A stretch of 64,000 nucleotides of DNA from Octopus vulgaris (Eukaryota): positions 162,068,001 to 162,132,000 of the forward strand of contig OX597816.1 of assembly GCA_951406725.2 (NCBI GenBank), written 5' to 3'. Shown piece after piece: positions 28,866 to 42,040 of the stretch. A program made the translations under genes and the position numbers. Every line of letters starts with the position of its first letter. Position 1 is the first letter of the stretch. The notes under the pieces were generated by a model. It worked only from the letters and a program-made list of their open reading frames with translations, had not been told where the DNA came from and did not search any database.

Positions 28866-29330
28866 GTGAGAGCTAGATATGCCCAGGGTAGAAAACTGGT
28901 ATCAGTGCTCAAATGAATGTGAACTTAAACTCCAACTTTTTCACCCAGGACTACTATTCCCTGCAGCTATCTTCAGGAATTTACCACGAAAAGCCTTTTC
29001 TTGCCATTCAGAGGTGTCTTGTTTTCTTTTTTCTTTTTTTGGTTTTTGACTTCATGTGTGTGTGTTTTTTTTTTTGTTCCCTGTCCTGTTACTCTAGCAA
29101 CTCTTAATGACTTTGTCTATGTATGAATGTATGTTTGTCTCTTCTATTTTTTAATTATTATAAATATTCTACTGAAGAGGGAGCCGGTTTTGGGATGTAG
29201 TTAACACAGACAAAATCACATTTGGAACTTGAGAAATGTCTTGCAGATTTTTCCTGTTCCATACACAGATTGCATTTGCAATGTACGAATTGGCCGGTCG
29301 ATTTCTTTTTCTGAAAATCCCAGTTGATCC

Positions 29331-29446
<116 letters not shown>

Positions 29447-29450
29447 TATA

Positions 29451-29615
29451 GGCACAAGCGTGGGTGTGTGGTAACAAGCTAGTTTCCCAACAACATGGTT
29501 CCGGGTTCAGTCCCACTGCGGGGCACCTTGGGCAAGTGCCTTCTACTATAACCTCAAGCCGACCAAAGCTTTGTGAGTGCATTTCGTAGACGGAAACAGA
29601 AAGAAGCCCGTCGTA

Positions 29616-29656
<41 letters not shown>

Positions 29657-29823
29657 CTTGTGTGTCTGTGCTTGTCTCCCAACCATTGCTTGATAACCAA
29701 TGTTGGTGTGTTTATGTCCCGGTAACTTAACTGTTCGGCAAAAGAGTCCCGATAGAATAAGTACTAGGCTTACAAAGAATAAGTCCTGGCCGCAGTCAAA
29801 CGACTGAAACCATCAAAAGAGTA
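29451..29823 (+). mobile_element. SINE family A
   Basis: Head, CORE-like motif, tail with internal deletion. Confidence 0.88.
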
Positions 29824-30048
29824 CATATCAGCAGAAGAGGATCTTCCAGGCCATTCATTCGGTAGCAGTCCATGCGAGTATTTGGGTAATAGAGTACCAA
29901 TAAGACATTTTATCAATTAACCAATTCATAAAACATGAACTAAATTACTAATTAATAATATCAAGCATGTCGTAAATCAAAGGCGAATACTACTAGAGGT
30001 ACCTTTACTGTAGAGTATACGTCTGTTTGTCGCTCCCTCTCTCTCTCA

Positions 30049-30125
<77 letters not shown>

Positions 30126-30129
30126 CGCA

Positions 30130-30342
30130 TTTGTGTGTATTTGTGTGTCTGTGTTTGTCCCCCCAACATGGCTTGACAACCGATGGTGGTGTGTTTACGT
30201 CCCCGTAACTTAGCGGTTCGGTAAAAGAGATCCGATAGAATAAGTACTAGGCTTCCAAAAATAAGTCCTGGGGTCGATTGGCTCGACTAAAAGGCGGTGC
30301 TCCAGCATGGCCGCAGTAAAAATGACTGAAACGAGTAAAAGA

Positions 30343-30343
<1 letters not shown>
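30130..30343 (+). mobile_element. SINE family A, 3' half
   Basis: Diagnostic tail. Confidence 0.88.
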
Positions 30344-30394
<51 letters not shown>

Positions 30395-30556
30395 GTTGTT
30401 TACACTCAATCTAACACGAACGTGACAGTAGGGGGTACACCACCGCTGTTTAGCCCTAGGAAGCATCGACGCCTCCTGATGGCTTTGACACATTTTTCCT
30501 GTGTCCTTATATACATTTACGAAGGGAGAAAAACACCCCCGGCCGCCCGGGCTGCA

Positions 30557-30601
30557 TCTAGGGACACGTGTTTCAGGATGATTGTCCTTCGTCGGCCTAG
30601 A
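30557..30601 (-). ncRNA. Minimal type I hammerhead ribozyme-like motif (U4C core variant), left arm
   Basis: Exact reverse complement of 30711-30755. Confidence 0.7.
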
Positions 30602-30710
30602 CTAGCAGACACCGGTCAGCTGGTGATATTTGTCTCGACTCGCAATGTATATATCTAAATTTCAGTGAAGTCTATTCACTGATTATCACCAGCTGACCGG
30701 TGTCTGCTAG

Positions 30711-30755
30711 TCTAGGCCGACGAAGGACAATCATCCTGAAACACGTGTCCCTAGA
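30711..30755 (+). ncRNA. Minimal type I hammerhead ribozyme-like motif (U4C core variant), right arm
   Basis: TCTAGG-CCGACGA-AGGA(CAATCA)TCCT-GAAA-CACGTG-TC-CCTAGA: 6-bp helix I, 4-bp helix II, palindromic helix III, GUC triplet. Confidence 0.7.
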
Positions 30756-30971
30756 TGCAGCCCGGGCGGCCGGGAGTGTTTGTCTCCCCTTCGTAAATGT
30801 ATATAAGGACACAGGAAAAATGTGTCAAAGCCATCAGGAGGCGTCGATGCTTCCTCTGGCTAAACAGCGGTGGTGTACCCCCTTACTGTCACGTTCATGT
30901 TAGATTGACAGTATACAACCATTCTATCGCCCCACTACCGTACATGTCGCTACGAGAGATTTAGAAATTTA

Positions 30972-31058
<87 letters not shown>

Positions 31059-31074
31059 AACTTAGACTAAAGAT

Positions 31075-31372
31075 TAGGCCAGGCATGTTTAACTTAATAG
31101 CACCACCTACTAGGATAACCTAAATCCTTTTTAAGTCAAGTTTTGTGGTACCATGGTCTATTTGAGTAAGGAGTTTTTGATGAGTGAGTTGTACCCAGGT
31201 GTAGGTGGCTTAGCTGGTATTCCTCGAAGAAATTTGTCCAGATTCCGTTTACAGTTGATGGCTACCTTTTCCTCTTTGATCTGTTTCGGGGCAATGTTAA
31301 ATAGGGCAGGACCTGCTGAGGAAAAGAAACTGTGTTGCAGTGTATTTATGTGTTGTGATATTGAATTGGGTA
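31075..31372 (-). mobile_element. CR1/L2-group LINE 3' end, same family as 890-1680
   Basis: QHINTLQHSFFSSAGPALFNIAPKQIKEEKVAINCKRNLDKFLRGIPAKPPTPGYNSLIKNSLL; shared AATCCTTTTTAAGTCAAGTTTTGTG. Confidence 0.88.
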
Positions 31373-31373
31373 C

Positions 31374-31408
<35 letters not shown>

Positions 31409-31415
31409 CACACAC

Positions 31416-31464
<49 letters not shown>

Positions 31465-31683
31465 AACACACACACACACACACAAACACAAACACACACA
31501 CACACACAGGCAAACACGCGCATACACACACACACACATATATTTTATTGTATAAATGCATGATATATACACATAATATATATACAAAAATACATACCCA
31601 TATGTATGCATATATATAGAATTATTATGTATGCATACACATATATGCTTTAAAGAATACATACAAATATTTTACGTACGTGT

Positions 31684-31723
<40 letters not shown>

Positions 31724-31737
31724 ATATATATATATTA

Positions 31738-31789
<52 letters not shown>

Positions 31790-32001
31790 TTATATTTATA
31801 TATATATATATATATATATATTTATTATATAGAAGGTGCTTCTACAGGATCTAGTACTTATGTTTCATTCTAAGAGAAATCTTCAGGAAGCTCATTTCTT
31901 TTTGAATGAAACTAGTACTAATCCTATGTAGAACGTTCCTTCTATATAATAAATTAATTTTACTCTGCTATGTATTATATATATATATACATATATATAT
32001 T

Positions 32002-32045
<44 letters not shown>

Positions 32046-32049
32046 TATA

Positions 32050-32090
<41 letters not shown>

Positions 32091-32179
32091 TATATATGGA
32101 AATTTGCTTACAGGACTTACTGTTTATCTTGGTTCAATACTCCTCGATTTTATCAGTACCCTTACTGGGACCTCAACCC

Positions 32180-32215
<36 letters not shown>

Positions 32216-32243
32216 ATAATATATACATACATGCATACATATA

Positions 32244-32283
<40 letters not shown>

Positions 32284-32694
32284 TATATGTTTACAGCGTG
32301 TTCATGATGTGTTGTGACGTGTGTGTGTGTTAGTGCTTGTGAGCGTGTGTACGTATGTATGTGGTTTGTGAATAATTACATTTCTGATTCGAGATATGTA
32401 TGTTAATAATGTAAACGTGTAACAAGCGGTGAGTTTCTTCATAAAATGGTTTGTGTGTGTATGTGGTGGTGGTGGTGGTGGGGGGTCTGTGTGTCTTAGT
32501 AAATATTTTATACTTGGAAATATCGTAGTATTTGTGGTTGTGTGTATATGTAATGCCCTAATGTTTACAGCGCCTATATGTTTAATGTGTGTGTATCATG
32601 TGAAGTGTGTCCTCATTAAAACTTAGTCTTTCTCTCTCTCCCTCTGTCTGTCTGTCTCTCTCCATACACACACACACACACACACGCATACATA

Positions 32695-32874
32695 ATTTTT
32701 TTACTTGTTTCAGTCATTAGGCTGCGACCATGCTGGACCATCGTTTTGAACGAGTGTTAATCGAACGTATCGACCCCACTTATTCTATCGGTATCCTTTC
32801 CCACACCATTATGTTACGGGGACGTAAACACACCAACACCGCTTGTCACGCAGTGGTAGGACAGCGCCCACACA

Positions 32875-32916
<42 letters not shown>

Positions 32917-33085
32917 TGAATATATATATATATTTGTATATATACATATATATATAAGACGGGCTTCATTCAGTTTCCATCCACCAGAGTCAACCAGAAA
33001 GCTTTGGTCAAACTGAGGCTATAGTAGAAGACACTTGCCTAAGATGCCATGTGGTGAAATTGAACCCGGAACCATGTGGTTGGGG
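32695..33085 (-). mobile_element. SINE family A, diverged
   Basis: Tail and body motifs recognisable. Confidence 0.8.
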
Positions 33086-33099
33086 GACACAATTCATTC

Positions 33100-33467
33100 T
33101 GCAAAGCCATGTATGTATATGTATTTTATGTACGCTTGTATGTATTTATGCTTGTTGCATAACGAATATATAAATATATATATATATTTATATATATTGT
33201 ATTTATTATGTATTTATAGGATGTCATAAACGTTTTTGTCTCCGTATATGTGTACGCGTGTGCGCGCACGCATATAGTGCTGTTGGCATAAATTTAAAAT
33301 GTCTGTGTCTGTGTGTGCATATTAAGAGATCATGAATGAAGCGTGTGTGCGTGTATATATGTATGCATATATATATTTGTGTGTGTGTATTTGTCTGTAA
33401 ATGTATAACTATACACCTGTGTAGTAAGTGGATGTATATTATGTATACATAACCACACATATGTGTG

Positions 33468-33514
<47 letters not shown>

Positions 33515-33697
33515 CATATATATTTATACACATACATATATATGTACATATATGTGTGTGTATTTGTGTGTAAGTGTATATCTATACACCTGTGTAGTAA
33601 GAGGATGTGTGAATGTATATTATGTATACATAACCACACACATACTTATGTATATCTTTAGGTATGCATGCATTTATATGGAGCCATATATATATTC

Positions 33698-33742
<45 letters not shown>

Positions 33743-33884
33743 TATATGTGTGTGTGTGTGTATTTATACAGATATATGACCTACTGTGTATATATATGTA
33801 TATATATATGTGTGTGTGTGTATATACATATATATATATATGCATACATACATGCATACATACATACATACATACATACATACA

Positions 33885-33920
<36 letters not shown>

Positions 33921-34077
33921 TGTATATATATACTTAAAATGTATTCACACAGAAATGTGTATATACAATACATATATACTCACCCGCTCACAATACATAC
34001 AATCAACAACTCATAACGAAACACACGCTCATACACGCATACATATACTGCTTAGCTACGAGTGTGCCAGTTCGATG

Positions 34078-34167
<90 letters not shown>

Positions 34168-34444
34168 CGTGTGTGTGTGCGTGTGTGTGTGTGCGCCTGA
34201 CACGATCAATACACGTCTATGCATCAATGCACTCAGCGAGGGACGTCTCATCATATTCATTATTAGGCTTTTGTGTCCTTCGACAGAATAAAGAGAACAA
34301 ACCCATTACGGCATTGATTTCGCGCGCTCTACGTGCTGAGGTGTAGCAGAATAGTAATAATTGAGTTTCGTGAATGGCTGAGTGGTTCTATGTGCGTGAT
34401 TGCTTGAGACTCACTCTATGTACATGTGTGCCTATATATATATT

Positions 34445-34524
<80 letters not shown>

Positions 34525-34849
34525 GATATATACATATATATATATATATTTATATACATATACATATATATATTTGTTTTTATGTATATGTATATATATA
34601 TTTGTATATATGTGTGTGTGTACTTGTGTGTGTATGTCCGTGTGTGGGTGGGTGTGAGAGTGTGCGTATATATATATGTGTGTGCGTGTGTGTGTGCGTA
34701 TATTTATATATATATATCTATATACATGTATATATATATATATATATATATGCATATACATATTTATATACATGCATGCGTACATATACACATTCATATT
34801 GATAGTTATATATAACATATATTCGTACATTCATACGTAAATACATACA

Positions 34850-34898
<49 letters not shown>

Positions 34899-34903
34899 GT
34901 ATA

Positions 34904-35001
<98 letters not shown>

Positions 35002-35035
35002 TATATACATATATATATGTAGGTTGTGTGTGTTT
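33100..35035. repeat. Microsatellite field (AT)n/(GT)n/(TACA)n with a ~95-bp local duplication (33370-33465 / 33550-33645)
   Basis: Directly visible; CTATACACCTGTGTAGTAAG...GTATATTATGTATACATAACCACACA occurs twice. Confidence 0.85.
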
Positions 35036-35378
35036 TTTGTCAGTATGCGTACGTGTGCGTTCATGCTGTTGGTAGTGAAATAATGTCTTTATTATCTAGA
35101 TATTTCAATAGCTGTTTGCATTCCCGGTATGAATTTAATACAATATCGCCGCTAGTAATGTTGTTAAAAATATCTTCTCCGAGTCGTTGTGACTCATTTC
35201 AAAACTTATCTTCCCCTTCTTCATTTCCTGTATTCTGTATAACTAAAGGCATGCGAGGAAAACAGATTACCAGGATAGGCCGTAAGTCTTTTGCGAATTA
35301 ACTTCCTCCGTAATAAACAGAGTTGTGTGACTTGGTCAAGGACATACTTCATAACCTGTCAAGAATTTCAACTGAATA

Positions 35379-35640
35379 CCGACCTAAGAGACCTGCATGG
35401 GGTGGATGCAGATGTCTTTAAAATGAAACTGGATCTCTTCTTGTCAGGTATCCCAGATGAACCAACTTCACGGCAGGAGGTGCAGATGAGGGCAGCTGCA
35501 TCGAACTCTCTCATGCACCAAATGGCTGTTGCTAATAAGCATTCGAGAAGTAAAACGTTGTAGTAACACCAAATGGTGGTACCCCAGCATGGCCACAGCT
35601 CGTGAGCTGAAACTAGATAAAATAATAAAAAAAAATAAAA
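35379..35640 (+). mobile_element. CR1/L2-group LINE 3' end (second family) with structured tail
   Basis: DLRDLHGVDADVFKMKLDLFLSGIPDEPTSRQEVQMRAAASNSLMHQM...*; tail GGTGGTACCCCAGCATGGCCACAGCTCGTGAGCTGAAAC + A-rich end. Confidence 0.85.
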
Positions 35641-35838
35641 ATATGAGTTGTACATGCGGTTCATGTTTAGCCCAAGGTCAGCACAGATGGATTGGATCTG
35701 TGTTCAAGATTATTGCAGCATTCCGGTTTCTTCGGTGTGCACCATCTATTCGTATTGTTGATCAAAGATGTCACCAAGCCAAACATCATGATCCGTGGCC
35801 ATATCTCGAGCCATGGTTCTCGTACACAGTAATCCTTC

Positions 35839-36306
35839 ATCATCAAATCTAAGTAGAGACTTCAAACTTGAAATCTTCAAAGCCACAGTCGAACCAATTC
35901 TACTATATGGCTCAGAAACCTGGACGCTATCAAAGAAGCTTGAGAGGCGGTTGGATGGAACCTACACTCACCTCCTTATGAGAGCTCAAAATCTCTCGTG
36001 GAAGCGCCATCCAACCAAAATGCAAATATATGGGAAACTACCACCTGTGTCATCTCTTGTGAAAGGTATGAGAGTCCAGTTTGCTGGACATTGTTGTAGA
36101 GCTGAAAAAGAAGTAATTTCTACTCTTCTCCTCTGGAAGCCATCTACTCGCAATACCAGAGGGCGCACTCTCTCCTACCCTGATGTAATCTCCTGGGATA
36201 TAGGCATCCAGCAACAGGACCTCCGTAATGCCATGATGGACCGTGAAGTCTGGCGTAGCATGGTAAATTCCATTGTCTCGACCACGGTCGAACAATGATG
36301 ATGATG
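35839..36306 (+). mobile_element. RTE-clade LINE 3' end, open frame, with 8-bp TSD
   Basis: LSRDFKLEIFKATVEPILLYGSETWTLSKKLERRLDGTYTHLLMRAQNLSWK...FAGHCCR...AMMDREVWR; (TGA)n tail; TSD AATCCTTC at 35831-35838 and 36307-36314. Confidence 0.93.
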
Positions 36307-36402
36307 AATCCTTCGCCATATCGCGGTTCACCTGCCGCGGTTTATTATTTAATCTTACGTTGATTTCTCTCTGGTGTTGTTTTACATTTACGATAAAATA
36401 AA

Positions 36403-36807
36403 TACTCTTTTACTGTTTTACTTGTTTCACTCATTTGACTATGGCTATGCTGGAGCACTACTTCTAGTCGAGCAAATCGACCCCAAAACTTATTCTTTGT
36501 AAGCCTAGTACTTATTCTATCGGTTTATTTTGCCGAACCACTTAGTTATGGAGACGTAAACACACCAGCATCGGTTGTCAAGCGATGTTGGTGGGACAAA
36601 CACAGAACAAAAACAAACACACACACACACACATATATACATATATACGACGGGCTTCTTTCAGTTTCCGTCTACCAAATCCCCTCACAAGGCTTTGGTC
36701 GGCTCGAGGCTATAGTAGAAGACACTAACCCAAGGTGTCACGCAGTAGGACTGAAACCGGAACCATGTGGTTGGTAAGCAAGCTACTTACCACACAGCCA
36801 CTCCTAT
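36403..36807 (-). mobile_element. SINE family A, full length, inside the MITE
   Basis: Head to tail visible. Confidence 0.9.
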
Positions 36808-37159
36808 AAAAATAATAAATGAAAAATACAGTACAGTACTGTTTCTTCTTCGCGGATTTTCACCTATCGCGGAGAGTTTTTGTAACGTAACACCCGTGAT
36901 AGTCGAGGGATTACTGCACCTGAGACCTATGGACTGTAGAAACATGTTGTAGTCAGGGGTCTGACACTTGCGTTTTCGTACACAGTTCTTGGTCTTAAAG
37001 GCAAAACAAAACACCAGCTTCTTTGAACCTTCCCAGTAAAGTACGATGCATCCGACGGCACACCCACAACGCTTCCGCTGTCTTTTATCTTGGGAGAAAA
37101 TAGAAGTTTCCTTTGTTGAAAGACATATATATCACCTTTCTCCCCAGCCTTTCTTTAAT

Positions 37160-37544
37160 GGAAGCACTCCGTCGGTTACGACGACGAGGGTTCCGGTTGA
37201 TCCGAATCAACGGAACAGCCTGCTCGTGAAATTAACGTGTAAGTGGCTGAGCTCTCCACAGACACGTGTACCCTTAACGTAGTTCTCGGGGATATTCAGC
37301 GTGACACAGAGAGTGACAAGGCCGGCCCTTTGAAATACAGGTACAACAGAAACAGGAAGTAAGAGTGAGAGAAAGTTGTGGTGAAAAAGTACAGCAGGGA
37401 TCACCACCATCCCCTGACGGAGCCTTGTGGAGCTCTAGGTGTTTTCGCTCAATAAACACTCACAACGCCCGGTCTGGGAATCGAAACCGCGATCCTATGA
37501 CCGCGAGTCCGCTGCCCTAACCACTGGGCCATTGCGCCTCCACT
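37160..37544 (-). mobile_element. SINE family C, full length with 11-bp TSD
   Basis: TSD CTTTCTTTAAT at 37149-37159 and 37545-37555. Confidence 0.93.
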
Positions 37545-38031
37545 CTTTCTTTAATACATTAATAAAGCAAGGAAGCACTGTCTTTTGTGACTTTGTCGTC
37601 CATTTCTACTCCTGCAGCTGGCTCGCGCTGAATCAAATGTATTTACTCACCACAATTACAAAAGATAAATAATTTTTGTTATTGATTTGACATTGTTTTT
37701 GCATTCACTTGATTGATTCGAAATCTATTTGTGTGTTTCTAAAGTTACCAACCTCGTTTCTTAGTAAACCCGCGTTTCAGTTTGAAGAACTGCCTGGTTG
37801 ATTTGTTTACTATTGTCTGTTTCATCTAAATTCTCTATATCGTTTGAAGACAATTTGGGAGCATTTTACTTTATTAGATTCAGGTTACTGATGATCTCAG
37901 CGTGGTTAGAACCCGTTCTTGCATCTTATGAGGATATTTCGAACCATGAACAACAGTGCACAGTACTAGTCTCTCTGTCTCTGTCTGTCAGTCCATCTCT
38001 TTCTCTGTATACACATGCATATGTATATGTG

Positions 38032-38275
38032 TGGAGGCGCAATGGCCCAGTGGTTAGAGCAGCGGACTCGCAGTCGTAGGATCGCAGTTTCGATTCCCAG
38101 ACCGGGTGTTTATTGAGTGAAAACACTTAAAGCTACACAAGGCTCCGGCAGGAGGTGGTGGCGAATCCGGCTGTATTCTTTCACCACAGCTTCCTCTCAC
38201 ACTTTCTTCCTGTTTCTGTTGTACCTGTATTTCAAAGGGGCCAGCCTTGTCACACTGTGTTACGCTGAATCTCCC
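38032..38275 (+). mobile_element. SINE family C, 3'-truncated
   Basis: GGAGGCGCAATGGCCCAGTGGTTAG head. Confidence 0.88.
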
Positions 38276-38289
38276 CAAAGAGCAAGTTC

Positions 38290-38505
38290 CCGCTCCAATT
38301 CCTTCACACGTGGAAGCAGCTGTTCGGCATAACCCACCAAGTCAGTAATGTCCGGACACTGAGCAGTTTTGTCACCCTGCGCGCACCTCGGACAAGCCCG
38401 TCTGACCCGTCCGTGCCTGTAGAGTTTATCTCGAACCGTTAGCGCACCCGGTAGTACTGCCAGGCTAAGGACATCTGGAAATTATCCATGATAGTTCCTG
38501 GTGTT
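38290..38505 (-). mobile_element. Tx1/L1-clade LINE ORF2 fragment (C-terminal zinc-binding region)
   Basis: Minus strand MDNFQMSLAWQYYR/ALTVRDKLYRHGRVRRACPRCAQGDKT..QCPDITDLVGYAEQLL fits the zf-RVT pattern W...R.ALP...L.R......CP.C...ET..H...CP. Confidence 0.8.
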
Positions 38506-38527
38506 CGATTATAATAATAATAATAAT

Positions 38528-38577
<50 letters not shown>

Positions 38578-39259
38578 TACCACCAATAATAACAGCAATA
38601 TAAATATGGCACTATTATATGTTATATGTTTGGCAATAAAAATATTGCCAAACATATAACAACAACGACAACAACAATAATAATAATAACAAAAATAACA
38701 ACAACAATATAAATAGTAATGATAATAATAAGAGCAACGATTTTAATATAGGTATTATTATTATGAGTCGAACTTGCTGCTTTATTCATAATAATAATAT
38801 TAAGATTGACTAATGCGTGAAAATAGTTTGAGGAGTATTTTGGGAAATTATTGGAATAAATCGTAAAAAACCAAAGGGATTTCAGGGAAATGGGGGTTAT
38901 TATTTAGGCTAACCCCACTTCCTTGGAGAATGTAAATTCATGATTACGTGGTCTGATAGAATTAGCAGCAAAATTTTTCTTCAGACCACCTTTGAAAAAG
39001 AAGGGCATTATTATATATGTAGTCCTATGGACGTAATGTGCAAAAAATAAAAAAACCCAAAAGATGAGCTGATCGAAAGATGATCTCAATTAACCATAGG
39101 TCACTTGGTTCACAGTTGACCAGGGGTTAAACAACAAAATAAACGAAAGCGCCAGCTACGAACAATTCGTTAACATACACTGCTGAATTCAATTCCTACC
39201 GGGAAAGTATTTAAACAGGTAAGAGGGATCGGCTTCACTACCATGGCTTCTTTACCCAT

Positions 39260-39332
39260 ATCTATCTGTCTATCTATCTGTCTATCTGTCTGTCTATCTG
39301 TCTATCTGTCTATCTATCTGTCTATCTATCTG

Positions 39333-39403
<71 letters not shown>

Positions 39404-39479
39404 GTCTGTCTGTCTGTCTGTCTGTCTGCCTGCCTGCCTGCCTGTCTGCCTGTCTGCCTGTCTGTATGTATGTCTCTAT

Positions 39480-39537
<58 letters not shown>

Positions 39538-39566
39538 GTCTATCTGTCTGTCTATCTGTCTATCTA

Positions 39567-39633
<67 letters not shown>

Positions 39634-39654
39634 GTCTGTCTGTCTGTCTATCTA

Positions 39655-39686
<32 letters not shown>

Positions 39687-39729
39687 TCTATCTGTCTGCC
39701 TGTCTCTCTGTCTGTATGTATGTCTCTAT

Positions 39730-39811
<82 letters not shown>

Positions 39812-39849
39812 GTCTGTCAGTCTGTTTGTCAGTCTGTCATCTATCTATC

Positions 39850-39880
<31 letters not shown>

Positions 39881-39927
39881 CTATCTGTCAGTCAGTCTGT
39901 TTGTCAGTCTGTCATCTATCTATCTGT
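39260..39927. repeat. Compound (TCTA)n/(TCTG)n (GATA/GACA) array with higher-order duplication
   Basis: The interruption TGTCTGTATGTATGTCTCTATTTATCTA recurs at about 39460 and 39710. Confidence 0.95.
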
Positions 39928-39963
39928 TTTTTTTTTTTATAAATGTGTGTGTATATATCTATA

Positions 39964-40504
39964 TCTATACAAATTGAGTTTGTATGTGTGTGTGTGTGTG
40001 TGTGTCAGGGTGTCTGTGTGTGTGTGTAGACATTTATGTTTTTTATAGAAATCCACAGTCAATGTCCGATTGACCTCAAATTTTATACACACACTCAATA
40101 AGGTCAGAGCTAAGTCATGGTGAAGAAATCACCCCCGTTACCCGCACGCATGATCGGGACCATACACATAAAGTGACCTTATGCGTACGTGTTGCTGAAC
40201 TTTTGTTCACGCCTTAATTGCTCCGTTTTACACGTTAATGTGTTATTGGGAGGGGGGAAGCAAAAAGGTTCATGCACCAACACGTTTTGCACCTCTAGTT
40301 ATTTGTCTTAGACTTAGTGATGTCAGATTGCAGTGTCAACTCTAACCTTAATCTAAATAAAACTCTATAAAACTTTGGAAAGCCCAATTCATTTTTGCAC
40401 TACCGATTGAGGCTCGGACTGGTGTCATGTAGACTGACAACATAACTAGACCCTCTAAATATTTACTAATTTCTGAAATGTGCAACGCCGGGTATTATTG
40501 CTAG
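39964..40504 (+). mobile_element. Non-autonomous Helitron, family H2
   Basis: 5' TCTATAC + (GT)n + CCGATTGACCTCAAATTTT (Lep1-like layout); 3' GTGCAACGCCGGGTATTATTG-CTAG|T, left arm of terminal hairpin eroded. Confidence 0.65.
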
Positions 40505-40602
40505 TATATATATATATATATATATATACTAGCAATAATACCGGCGTTGCACATTTATATATATATATATATATAAATGTGCAACGCCGGGTATTATTGG
40601 TA

Positions 40603-41067
<465 letters not shown>

Positions 41068-41227
41068 ATATATATAATGTACTGATCCGTGATACAATAT
41101 TCAACAAAAACGGTAGTCCATCTGGTGAGAGATAAATATTATTATTTAAACGTCACAGTACGTATATTAATAATGTGAAACTTGGTTGAATCTTTAGAGT
41201 CACTGAATTTAAGCAATCATGCTAATC

Positions 41228-41269
<42 letters not shown>

Positions 41270-41946
41270 GACTGACAGACAGTGAGAAAGAGAAGAGTGA
41301 AAGAGAGAACCTCACTAGTCATCATTGATAGATCTATTCCTTTGTTGGTTCAGTATGGAACACAGAATTTATCAAAACATTGGTTGATTATAAAGTTTTG
41401 GCCAACCCGTGGCTATAGAGGAGCACACTTAAATTATGTTTTATACTGTGGAATCAGGAATTTGCAACGAGAGCTTCTTAATGAGAGAAAGAGTGGGGGG
41501 AGGAGGGGGGAGAGAAAGGTGAGAGTAAAGAAGAAGAACGGGGAAGGTCATATTGAAAAATATTTATCGCTATCTTCCTCTTTAAGATAGAGTGAAAGAG
41601 ATAGAAAGGTTGTGAGGGGTAGAGAAGGGTAGAGGGAGAAAGATAGAAAAAGAAGGAGAGGCAGAGACCGGTAGAGAAAGAAAGAGAAGTAGAGAGAGAA
41701 AGAGATCGAAATGATTGGTGATGGAGATATGATCAATTCCTATTGATAATATGGATTTAATGAGAGCATAGCTAAGAATCTCAAACGTGGTTTCCATGTT
41801 TTGTAGGCAGCAAGAGATCACGTTTGCGTCGATGGAAACAATAAAGATTTTATCGTGCGACTGATGAAACTTAACTCTGTCTCTGGGTGGAAGAAATCTG
41901 GATTGAGAGAAAAAATCAGAATCTGAGTCGTCGTCGTCATCATCAC

Positions 41947-41977
<31 letters not shown>

Positions 41978-42040
41978 ATCATCGTCGTCGTCGTCATCGT
42001 CGTCGTCGTCGACGTCGTCATCATCATCGTCGTCGTCGTC

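Larger units (their letters stand above)
30387..30927. mobile_element. Fold-back element with ~240-bp inverted arms, probably inverted Penelope-type terminal repeats
   Basis: 30387-30628 is the reverse complement of 30684-30927 with roughly ten mismatches; 55-bp spacer; each arm carries a hammerhead fold. Confidence 0.8.
35827..36916. mobile_element. pogo/Tigger-like MITE interrupted by an RTE LINE and a SINE A
   Basis: TIRs CAGTAATCCTTCG (split) and CGAGGGATTACTG; related uninterrupted copy at 62905-63113. Confidence 0.8.

Noticed and set aside
38032-38105. tRNA-Arg gene
   Set aside because: tRNA-like head continues into SINE C body; no proper acceptor stem or Pol III terminator
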